In this document: positions 17,440 to 24,988 of the stretch, in pieces | Layout: every line of letters begins with the position of its first letter | Position numbering within the stretch: position 1 is the first letter of the stretch | Source: a virus | Lineage: Duplodnaviria > Caudoviricetes | IMG/VR virus record: IMGVR_UViG_3300032125_000015 | Span: 1-29,905 of that record | Length of the DNA stretch: 29,905 bases | Strand: one strand, 5' to 3' | The notes under the pieces: model-generated | The model's database searches: none | The model's input: only the letters and a program-made list of their open reading frames with translations | What the model was told of the DNA's origin: nothing | Program-made: the position numbers and the translations under genes

Positions 17440-17532
17440 CAGCAAATAGCACCGTCTGACAGCGTGGCATTTTGCAGAATATTAGGTTGAACACCACTTT
17501 CGCTTTGGTCGGGGATAGTGGTGTTCTTTTTT
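17440..17532 (+). ncRNA. Putative ~90-nt antisense RNA opposite the integrase leader
   Basis: Extended -10 TG-A-TAAAAT (17425-17433), a weak 5' hairpin, then a GAACACCACT/AGTGGTGTTC stem plus T6 oriented against int. Confidence 0.45.
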
Positions 17533-17553
17533 ATTTCTATTTAATTAATTTAA

Positions 17554-18210
17554 TTAATGCAAATTAATTAGTTCGGTTTCAGTTCCAAAAAATCCTGTAG
17601 AAACTTGTAATTGAGTTGATTGTGAATTTGCTTGTTCTTCAGAAACATCAAAAGCAATTGTTCCATCCATAGAGATATCTGGATTCATTTCTTCTAAAAA
17701 GAAACCAATACTATTACCAGATTCATCTTGATTTGCATACATAGAAGCTTCACTATCTGCTTCAAAAGTTTTTTCTCCATCTTTCAATGTGAATAAAGAG
17801 CTATCTACCATTAGAGCTTCATTTCCATTGTTTTTAACAGTCAAATTGACAACAAGGTATTTACCTTGAGGTGTAACGCTAAGATACTCATTACCTAAAG
17901 TATCTGCAAGTTCAACGCTATTCAATGTGTATTCAACATCACCAACAACTACTACGTCTCCGACACCGTAAGCTTTAACAACTTCTTCAGTTTCAGACTC
18001 TTCTTTTGCAGATTCAGTTGATTCAACAGTTGATTCGTCAGATACAGCTGCAGTATCAGTTTCAACAGCTTCTTCATCCTCACCCATGCTACCAAAAATT
18101 CCAACAAAAATAATTACTACAACCCAAAACCAAACTTTCTTATAAAAAGGTTTTTTGATTTTTCCTTTAACCTCGTTACCGTTCTCGTCAAACAATCTTT
18201 TCTTCGCCAT
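17554..18210 (-). CDS. Membrane-anchored DUF4352-like (Ig/MPT63-like fold) protein; superinfection-exclusion candidate
   Basis: KKPFYKKVWFWVVV TM anchor, acidic linker, YLVVNLTVKNNG...F.L.DG...NP.....G.IAFDV pattern; lies in the lysogeny operon. Confidence 0.75.
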   Translation of the reverse strand: MAKKRLFDENGNEVKGKIKKPFYKKVWFWVVVIIFVGIFGSMGEDEEAVETDTAAVSDESTVESTESAKEESETEEVVKAYGVGDVVVVGDVEYTLNSVELADTLGNEYLSVTPQGKYLVVNLTVKNNGNEALMVDSSLFTLKDGEKTFEADSEASMYANQDESGNSIGFFLEEMNPDISMDGTIAFDVSEEQANSQSTQLQVSTGFFGTETELINLH

Positions 18211-18274
18211 TTTTCATTCCTCCAATTTATGTATTTTTGTTACCCCTGAAGATTGGCAACCGTCAGGGATAGTT

Positions 18275-18478
18275 TTATTTTTTAAATAAATTAAATATTG
18301 AAAATGTTGTTTTCTTATATATTTTATTATAAGCAGCTTTTTTAGGATTTTTTATCCATCCAGAACCTTTTTTACCATAAAAAGGAATGACTGTTTTTTT
18401 CAATACTCTTTTAGCTTTACCAGTAGTTCTGGCTTTGATTGATTTTTTTAGACTTGGCTTTCTCATCCCGAACTTCAT
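18275..18478 (-). CDS. Small highly basic protein (67 aa)
   Basis: SD AAGGAG; RKPSLKKSIKARTTG...YGKKG.GWIKNPKKAAYNK, a type I recognise from Firmicute prophage lysogeny modules. Confidence 0.75.
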   Translation of the reverse strand: MKFGMRKPSLKKSIKARTTGKAKRVLKKTVIPFYGKKGSGWIKNPKKAAYNKIYKKTTFSIFNLFKK

Positions 18479-18541
18479 TTAATCGCTCCTTTTATATGTA
18501 ATAATTTTATTATAACGCATGTACCAATTATAATGGTAACC

Positions 18542-18886
18542 TTATTTAATTTTACCTTCCCAACCCAATCCTAGATTATATTTTTCTAAAACTCTAGAAT
18601 AATTAAATTGCCCCTCAGATTCGTTAATTAAGTACCTAATCATAAATTTAGTCGCTTCATTTTCCATTTTACTACGATAGGACGGGTTGTTATAAAGAGA
18701 GGAGAAATCTTTATGATTAAGAACGTGACCTAATTCATGCAAAATAACCTCTTTTTGTTTTTCCTCCTCTAATAGTTGATTAATGAAAATAACATTTAGA
18801 GCAGGGTCGTAATACCCATTGTTCTCAATAATTATCAAAACCAATTCAATGTTATTTCGTTCAAGTAAATTAAAGACATTGTCCAT
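18542..18886 (-). CDS. ImmA/IrrE-family metallopeptidase
   Basis: HELGH zinc motif and downstream E.EA; follows the repressor gene. Start placed at ATG 18886 after GAGGGAG. Confidence 0.88.
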   Translation of the reverse strand: MDNVFNLLERNNIELVLIIIENNGYYDPALNVIFINQLLEEEKQKEVILHELGHVLNHKDFSSLYNNPSYRSKMENEATKFMIRYLINESEGQFNYSRVLEKYNLGLGWEGKIK

Positions 18887-18896
18887 ATAATCTCCC

Positions 18897-19232
18897 TCAC
18901 TTATTACTAAATCTTCCTTCAAGATAAGCACGAATTGTTTTTCTATCGTTTTCAGTCATAGGCTTCCCGTCAAAGCTCATCATATTATCTAATATTTCGT
19001 CTAAATCAGTAGGTACGTTATTAGAGTTCGTTCTTTCTTGATCAGTTCTTCCTAACAAGTAATCTACAGATACATCAAAATAGTCTGCCACTTTTTGTAA
19101 GTTTTCAGTTTTAGGAGAAACGTTATCCCATCTTCTGATTTGTCCGTTAGATAATCCAACGGTTCTTTCTATTTCTGCAAAACTAGTTTTCTTAGCATCT
19201 GCCAAATTTTTTATTCGATTTACAATCCCCAT
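18897..19232 (-). CDS. XRE-family (ImmR/CI-like) prophage repressor
   Basis: HTH with LQKVADYFDVSVDYLLGRTD and C-terminal FDGKPMTENDR; divergent from cro. Start placed at ATG 19232 after AAAGGTGA. Confidence 0.9.
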   Translation of the reverse strand: MGIVNRIKNLADAKKTSFAEIERTVGLSNGQIRRWDNVSPKTENLQKVADYFDVSVDYLLGRTDQERTNSNNVPTDLDEILDNMMSFDGKPMTENDRKTIRAYLEGRFSNK

Positions 19233-19268
19233 TGTTATCACCTTTCAAAGGCTCACAAAAATAAATAT

Positions 19269-19443
19269 TAGCTTTTAAGTCATTTTTTGTTTGACAAATG
19301 ACTTTTATGCTACTATACTATGTTCATAAGCTAGTTTATCAGCTAATAAGTAAACAAAACAATATTCGCAACGTTCCCCAACGTTCAAGAAGAGTGCTTT
19401 TACAATGCTTATTTGCTATGGATTTATAATAGCATAAAAGCTA
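19269..19443. promoter_or_regulatory. Three 14-bp operator-like palindromes: TAGCTTTTAAGTCA (19269-19282), TGACTTTTATGCTA (19299-19312), TAGCATAAAAGCTA (19430-19443)
   Basis: Shared TRRC-W6-GYYA symmetry; two copies overlap the two promoters. Confidence 0.75.
19291..19319 (+). promoter_or_regulatory. Lytic early promoter (TTGACA-17-TATACT)
   Basis: Near-consensus SigA promoter pointing to cro. Confidence 0.85.
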
Positions 19444-19454
19444 TTTATGGTCAA
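19426..19454 (-). promoter_or_regulatory. Lysogenic promoter (TTGACC-17-TATTAT, extended TG)
   Basis: Minus strand reads TTGACC ATAAATAGCTTTTATGC TATTAT, pointing to the repressor. Confidence 0.75.
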
Positions 19455-19510
19455 CGATTAGCTGATAAATTAGCTTATAAATTTAAATATAAAAAAGGAG
19501 GGTTATTAAA

Positions 19511-19702
19511 ATGCCAGAAACACAAGCTTTGAGGAAAAAAATATTAACTCATTTAAAAGAAAAAAAAATCCCGCAAAATCATTTAGCAATGTTGATAAAC
19601 GAAAATTATCAATATTTGAATGATGTATTGAATGGGAAAAAAACTGGTCCAAAAGCAAATGAAATGCTGCTGACAATTATTAGAGTATTAGGAATTAAAT
19701 AA
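19511..19702 (+). CDS. Cro-like HTH regulator
   Basis: 63 aa with an HTH pattern, first gene of the early lytic operon, SD AAGGAGGG. Confidence 0.8.
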   Translation: MPETQALRKKILTHLKEKKIPQNHLAMLINENYQYLNDVLNGKKTGPKANEMLLTIIRVLGIK

Positions 19703-19716
19703 GGAGGAGAAAAAAG

Positions 19717-20478
19717 ATGAACAGTTTAAAAGCATTGAGTTCAACAATAACAATTGATTCAAGAGAAGTCGCCGAAATGGTCGGAAAAGAACACAGCAAG
19801 TTATTAAGAGACATCCGCACTTACGTTAACTATTTAGACGAAGCCAAAATTGGATTGGTTGATTTTTTCATTAATTCAACTTATCAAGACGCAAAAGGAG
19901 AGCAACGTCCCGGTTTTTTACTAACAAAACAAGGATGCGAAATGGTGGCAAACAAATTAACCGGAAAAAAAGGAACGCTATTCACAGCTAAATACGTTAT
20001 TAAGTTCAACGAAATGGAAGCACAACAAACGCCAGATTCTTATATGATTGTTGATCCAATTGCTAGAGCTAAACAATGGATTGAGGAACAACAACAAACT
20101 CAATTGTTAATTGAAAAAAATGCCGTTCAAGAACAGTTGATTGCAGAATACGAACCAAAAATCACTTATCTTGATGAAATTCTTAATTCAAAAAATACAA
20201 TGGCCATTACTCAAATAGCAGCTGATTACGGAATGAGTGGCCAAGAGTTAAATAAGATTCTATGGAATCATGAAGTTCAAAGAAAAGTCGGCGGCCAATG
20301 GGTCCTGTATAAGAAACACATGAACAACGGATTTACAAAATCGAAAACCTATACAAACGATACTGGTGCTTATCCTCAAACGAAATGGACGCAAAAAGGT
20401 AGAATTTTTATTCATAACTTATTGGAGTCTCTTGGACACACAGCATTAGTTGATGAGCAAATAGAAATAGAGGTGTAA
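19717..20478 (+). CDS. Antirepressor (Rha N-terminus + KilAC/ANT C-terminus)
   Basis: IDSREVAEMVGKEH...LLRDI, LTGKKG..FTAKY; C-terminal TQIAADYGMS...TKWTQKGRIFI. Confidence 0.88.
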   Translation: MNSLKALSSTITIDSREVAEMVGKEHSKLLRDIRTYVNYLDEAKIGLVDFFINSTYQDAKGEQRPGFLLTKQGCEMVANKLTGKKGTLFTAKYVIKFNEMEAQQTPDSYMIVDPIARAKQWIEEQQQTQLLIEKNAVQEQLIAEYEPKITYLDEILNSKNTMAITQIAADYGMSGQELNKILWNHEVQRKVGGQWVLYKKHMNNGFTKSKTYTNDTGAYPQTKWTQKGRIFIHNLLESLGHTALVDEQIEIEV

Positions 20479-20481
20479 ATA

Positions 20482-20631
20482 ATGGTACAAAAAATAAAGA
20501 AACCTCAAATCACAACCATCATCAATTTAGATAGAAACGGAAAATTAATTAAAGATCTTTCAAAAGTCGTCATCCCAATAGAAAGTCAAATGGATTTATT
20601 AAAACAGCTGCAGCGGTTAGATAGAAAATAA
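20482..20631 (+). CDS. Hypothetical 49-aa protein, not in the ORF track
   Basis: SD GAGGTG; MVQKIKKPQITTIINLDRNGKLIKDLSKVVIPIESQMDLLKQLQRLDRK. Confidence 0.7.
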   Translation: MVQKIKKPQITTIINLDRNGKLIKDLSKVVIPIESQMDLLKQLQRLDRK

Positions 20632-20643
20632 GGAGGTAATTAA

Positions 20644-20802
20644 ATGTCACCAGAAACAATAAAAAAACTAATCTGGTCATCTAATATGTTTTTCTTTGGA
20701 AGTAAAAGAATTGCCAAAAGAGATTTTTATATATTTTACGGATCCATTGCAGCGATGATCATTATCTGTTTACCGCTTTTGATTCTATTCTGGACAAACT
20801 GA
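20644..20802 (+). CDS. Hypothetical 52-aa protein with C-terminal TM segment, not in the ORF track
   Basis: SD AAGGAGGT; ends ...FYGSIAAMIIICLPLLILFWTN. Confidence 0.7.
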   Translation: MSPETIKKLIWSSNMFFFGSKRIAKRDFYIFYGSIAAMIIICLPLLILFWTN

Positions 20803-20821
20803 AGGGAGGTGAGATCATATT

Positions 20822-21244
20822 ATGGAAATTAGTTATGGAGTATTCGGAGAAAAAGAAGGAACGGTAGTCGCATGGCATGAATCCAATGAACAAGAAGGAA
20901 GTTATGTATTAACAGTACGTTCTCCATTTGGAAGGATTATGAGAGGAATTGAAATAGAGTTGACTGCTGAACAAATTAAAGAATTGATTGTTGAAATACC
21001 TAAAGATGAAATTGAGAGCGAAACAATCAATTATGCAGAAGAAATCATTACTGCTTTAAGTAATGTACCAGGTGAAATCGCATTAATCTTTTTAACGGAT
21101 ATTGATAAAAGAATATCTGATTGGTTAGCAAGTGGCGGTAAACCAAATGCACGATACATCCAACAGCAAGTTAATTATGCGAAAAGGATTTCTGAACGTT
21201 TTGGAACAAAAAAATCACTGACCGCCGGCAAGCAAAGTCAGTGA
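20822..21244 (+). CDS. Hypothetical protein (140 aa)
   Basis: SD GGGAGGTG; C-terminal DIDKRISDWLASGG...YIQQQ segment resembles small phage proteins. Confidence 0.75.
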   Translation: MEISYGVFGEKEGTVVAWHESNEQEGSYVLTVRSPFGRIMRGIEIELTAEQIKELIVEIPKDEIESETINYAEEIITALSNVPGEIALIFLTDIDKRISDWLASGGKPNARYIQQQVNYAKRISERFGTKKSLTAGKQSQ

Positions 21245-21263
21245 CTGAACAATAAATTTTTAT
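21208..21263 (-). ncRNA. Putative ~55-nt antisense RNA upstream of the ATPase gene
   Basis: Minus-strand TG-C-TATACT (21278-21270), then a TCACTGAC/GTCAGTGA stem (21215-21244) and T7 (A-run 21208-21214). Confidence 0.45.
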
Positions 21264-21297
21264 ACCAAAAGTATAGCACAAATAAGGAGTGAGCGAA

Positions 21298-23244
21298 TTG
21301 AAAGATATTAAAATCGATTGGATCCGTTATGAAAACTTTAAAGGAATAAAAGAGTACAAATTAGTTTTAGACGGTAGCAACGCAGATGTATCCGCACAAA
21401 ATGCAATAGGAAAGACAACTTTGTACGACGGCTTCTTGTGGTTGATGTTTGGCAAAGATAGTGCTGAAAGGTCTAAATTTAAAGTAAAACCATTCGATAA
21501 AGACCGAACTGAAATTTTAGGCAAGGAACCTATTGTTGAAGCCGAACTATTAGTCGATGGTCAACGCATTTTACTAAAACGTGAGCTTGTAGAAGTGTGG
21601 TCCAAAATCAAAGGTCGCGCAGAAAAAGAACGCAAGTCGGATAAAACAAAGTTCTACATTAACCAGGTCCCTTGTAGCACAGCAAAAGAATTCAAGTCAT
21701 ATATTGATGAACTGATTGATGAAGACACATTCAAATTGCTAACGAATCCTGCAGCATTCAATTCACTTGATTGGACTAAAAGAAGAGAAGTCTTACTTCA
21801 GTTAGTAGATGGCGTGACGGATGAAGAGGTGATAAAAAAGAATGAAGAGCTTGCTGGATTAACTAAAATTCTTGATGGCCATAGCGTTGAAGAACAAAAG
21901 AAAATCATTTCAGCTAAGAAAAAAGAAGTTGCTAATTCTATTGATGGGATGACAGCTCGGTTTGATGAAGCTGAAAGAGCCATACCTAATACTGAAGGCA
22001 TTGACCAGGATCAGTTAAATTCTCTTGTGGGTGTCAATAAAGATAAAATTGAAGAAGCACAAAACAAGATTGCTGAATTGAAAAATGGTGGAGCAATTAC
22101 TGAATTGAAAAATAAACGTGGCCAACTAGATTTGAAACTAACGGAAGAAAAATCACGTTTCTTTCAATCAAATCAATTATCAACTGAAAATCTTATCAAT
22201 GATATTAATAAATTGACTATAGATTTAAACGCAAAGAATCAAGCAGTTTGGGAAAAAGAGTCTCAAATTTCTAACACGGAACAAAATTTAACAAGAGAAA
22301 AAGATTCTAAAACAAACTTGTTGAAGTCTTATAAATCTAGAAAAGAAGAAACGTTTGATGAACATAAATCTTCTTGTCAAATGTGTGGCCAAGATTTACC
22401 TGGTGATCAAGTTGAACAAATGAAAACAACCTTCAACAAAAAGAAATCAGAAGATGTTGAAAAGATTCTTGCGAATGGTAAAGCAGCAGCTTTAAAAATT
22501 GAAACTGCTGAAGCTGAGCTAAAACAACTAACTAACGATCTTCACTCTTTAATTTCTAAACGTGACATGGCTAAAGATTCATTAGACAGATTCAAAGAAG
22601 AGTTGGAATTAACAAAAGAACGTCATGGCCAATTCGAAGATTCCATTGGAAATGAATTAATTGTTACTGAAATTCAAAAGGTATCTCAATTAATGATAGA
22701 AGAACAAACTTCTACTCAATCAGAAATTGAAAAATACAACAATCTTATTCGTGAAGCTTCTACTGCAGTTGATTCAGCTAGACAGCAACTATCCTTGTTC
22801 AGTCAAAAGGAAAAACAATTGAATCGTATTAGTGAGCTGAAGGATGAACACAGCAATCTAGCTTCAACTTATGAAGAACTTGAACGTCAAGAATACCTAA
22901 CAGATGAATTTACTAGACGTAAAGTTCAATTGTTAGAAAAAGAAATCAATGCAAAATTTAGCATGGCCAACTTCAAACTATTTGATATTCAAAAGAATGG
23001 CGGAATCAATGAAGTATGTGAGGCAACGTATGGCGGTTCTGAATACAGCACCAACTTAAACAACGCTGCACGGATCAACGTGGGATTAGATATTATCAAT
23101 ACTTTATCAAATCATTACCAGGTATCGGCTCCAATCTTTGTAGACAATGCTGAATCAGTAAATGAATTAATTGATACACAAGCACAAATGATTTCATTGA
23201 TTGTTAGTGTTGACCCTGTCTTTAAAGTGGAGGTGGTAGCGTGA
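21298..23244 (+). CDS. SbcC/Rad50-like ABC-type ATPase with long coiled coil
   Basis: ENFKG, Walker A QNAIGKTT, central CQMC hook-like motif, LNNAAR signature-like motif, Walker B IFVDNAES. Start placed at TTG 21298, 8 nt after AAGGAG. Confidence 0.88.
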   Translation: MKDIKIDWIRYENFKGIKEYKLVLDGSNADVSAQNAIGKTTLYDGFLWLMFGKDSAERSKFKVKPFDKDRTEILGKEPIVEAELLVDGQRILLKRELVEVWSKIKGRAEKERKSDKTKFYINQVPCSTAKEFKSYIDELIDEDTFKLLTNPAAFNSLDWTKRREVLLQLVDGVTDEEVIKKNEELAGLTKILDGHSVEEQKKIISAKKKEVANSIDGMTARFDEAERAIPNTEGIDQDQLNSLVGVNKDKIEEAQNKIAELKNGGAITELKNKRGQLDLKLTEEKSRFFQSNQLSTENLINDINKLTIDLNAKNQAVWEKESQISNTEQNLTREKDSKTNLLKSYKSRKEETFDEHKSSCQMCGQDLPGDQVEQMKTTFNKKKSEDVEKILANGKAAALKIETAEAELKQLTNDLHSLISKRDMAKDSLDRFKEELELTKERHGQFEDSIGNELIVTEIQKVSQLMIEEQTSTQSEIEKYNNLIREASTAVDSARQQLSLFSQKEKQLNRISELKDEHSNLASTYEELERQEYLTDEFTRRKVQLLEKEINAKFSMANFKLFDIQKNGGINEVCEATYGGSEYSTNLNNAARINVGLDIINTLSNHYQVSAPIFVDNAESVNELIDTQAQMISLIVSVDPVFKVEVVA

Positions 23245-23381
23245 CTGTCTATGAAAAAATGCAAACTATGACACCAGACGAACTAGCTATTTTCATTTAT
23301 GTTCACGGAAAAGAGTTAAAAAAAGGGCTTAAAAAAATTAAGGAATATGTTAACAGCGAATTGAAAGAGGAGGAAATATAA
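23241..23381 (+). CDS. Hypothetical 46-aa protein, not in the ORF track
   Basis: GTGA overlap with the ATPase stop, SD GGAGGTGG; ends 1 nt before recT. Confidence 0.65.
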   Translation: MTVYEKMQTMTPDELAIFIYVHGKELKKGLKKIKEYVNSELKEEEI

Positions 23382-23382
23382 A

Positions 23383-24276
23383 ATGGCAAACAACGAAATG
23401 GTATTACAACAAAAACAAATCGCGGATAGTGTAGAAAAAAAGGTGTCTCTATTTGTAAAAGAAGGACAACTAGATTTACCAGGTGATTATTCTCCAGGTA
23501 ACGCAATGCGTTCAGCATGGTTAAAACTTCAAGAGGTCCAAACAAAAGATTATAAACCAGCACTTGAAGTAGCTACAAAAGATAGTGTGGCCAATGCATT
23601 ACTAGGCATGGTTGTTCAAGGTTTGAATCCAGAAAAGAATCAAGGATATTTCATTATGTATGGAAGCAAATTAACATTCCAACGTTCTTATTTTGGAACA
23701 ATGGCCGTCACTAAAAGAGTAACTGGTGCTACTGATATTGTAGGTCAAGTGATTTATGAAGGTGATGATGTCTCATACGATTTAACAAACGGAATGATTA
23801 AGAACCTGGTACACAAACAAAAATTTGGAAATATTAATAAAGATAAAATAATTGGAGCTTATGCGACAGTAGTTATGCCAGATGAAAAAGAAAATCACAT
23901 TGAGTTAATGACCTTTGAAGAAATTACGTCAGCATGGTCTCAATCTAAAATGTGGGGCAAGGATCAAAAAGCGCCTAAACCTGGTAGCACACATGATAAA
24001 TTCGCTCAAGAAATGGCTAAGAAAACCGTTATTAATCGTGCATGTAAGAACTTCATTAATAGTTCAGATGATAGCAGCGTGATGACTGAATTCTTTAATA
24101 AACAAAGTGATGAAATTAAAGAAGCTGAAGTTGCAGAAGAAGTCGAAGAGAAAGCAAATACAGAATTCTTTGAAGCTCATTACACAGAAGTGAATGATGA
24201 TGGAGAAATCATTGATCACAAAGAAAAACCAGTTCAAGAAGATAATGAATCCTCAACTGAACCCGCACCATTTTGA
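23383..24276 (+). CDS. recT: RecT-family single-strand annealing protein
   Basis: QGLNP.KNQGYFIMYG, FQRSYFG, EMAKKTVINRACK; acidic tail ending PF. Confidence 0.9.
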   Translation: MANNEMVLQQKQIADSVEKKVSLFVKEGQLDLPGDYSPGNAMRSAWLKLQEVQTKDYKPALEVATKDSVANALLGMVVQGLNPEKNQGYFIMYGSKLTFQRSYFGTMAVTKRVTGATDIVGQVIYEGDDVSYDLTNGMIKNLVHKQKFGNINKDKIIGAYATVVMPDEKENHIELMTFEEITSAWSQSKMWGKDQKAPKPGSTHDKFAQEMAKKTVINRACKNFINSSDDSSVMTEFFNKQSDEIKEAEVAEEVEEKANTEFFEAHYTEVNDDGEIIDHKEKPVQEDNESSTEPAPF

Positions 24277-24977
24277 TTAACATAAAATCTTTTGGTAGCG
24301 GAAGTGCTGGGAATGCTTATCTAATAGATGATGGCATTTCTCAGATATTAATTGAATGTGGTATCAAACTAGAACTGGTTAAACAAAAAATGATGTTTGA
24401 TTTTAGCCGAGTGGCCGGAATGTGTATCAGTCATGAGCATGGTGATCATTCAAAAGAAATCAAGAAAGTATTAGCTACCACTTCAATTGAACTTTTCGCT
24501 TCAAAAGGAACATTAAACGCATTAAACGTACCGAATCATAGAGCAACCGTACTTGAAATAGGCAAAGGCGTACAAATTGGTTCCTGGACGGTCACTTCAT
24601 TTGATGTGAATCATGATGCTGCAGAACCAACTGGATTCCTTTTTAAAAACAACTTAGGCGAACAACTATTGTTCGTAACAGATACCTATTACGTGAAGTA
24701 CAAATTCAAAGATATTACTCACATGATGATTGAAGCAAATTATTCTTTAGACATCATTAGAAAAAAAGTTAAAGAAAATGAAGTTGCTCAATATTTAAAG
24801 AATCGAATCTTGATCAGTCACTTTGAATTTGATAACTCAAAAGAATTTATAAAAGTAAATGCGAGTGATCAACTGCAGGAAGTATGGTTGCTTCACTTGT
24901 CAGATTCAAATAGTGATGAAGAATTGTTCAAGCGTGAAGTACAAGAATTAACTGGCGTTCCAGTCTATATAGCATAA
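24273..24977 (+). CDS. Metallo-beta-lactamase-fold hydrolase (probable nuclease)
   Basis: SGSAGN, SHEHGDH, HDA.EP, TDT, EANY, LLHLS motifs; TTG start overlapping the recT stop. Confidence 0.88.
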   Translation: MINIKSFGSGSAGNAYLIDDGISQILIECGIKLELVKQKMMFDFSRVAGMCISHEHGDHSKEIKKVLATTSIELFASKGTLNALNVPNHRATVLEIGKGVQIGSWTVTSFDVNHDAAEPTGFLFKNNLGEQLLFVTDTYYVKYKFKDITHMMIEANYSLDIIRKKVKENEVAQYLKNRILISHFEFDNSKEFIKVNASDQLQEVWLLHLSDSNSDEELFKREVQELTGVPVYIA

Positions 24978-24988
24978 GAGGTGAAATA

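Noticed and set aside
17499-21236. Shared TTGG/GGCAA loops in hairpins at 17499, 18250, 19376 and 21223 as one trans-acting RNA network
   Set aside because: Shared complementarity is only 4-5 nt; too short to support beyond the individual cis units reported.
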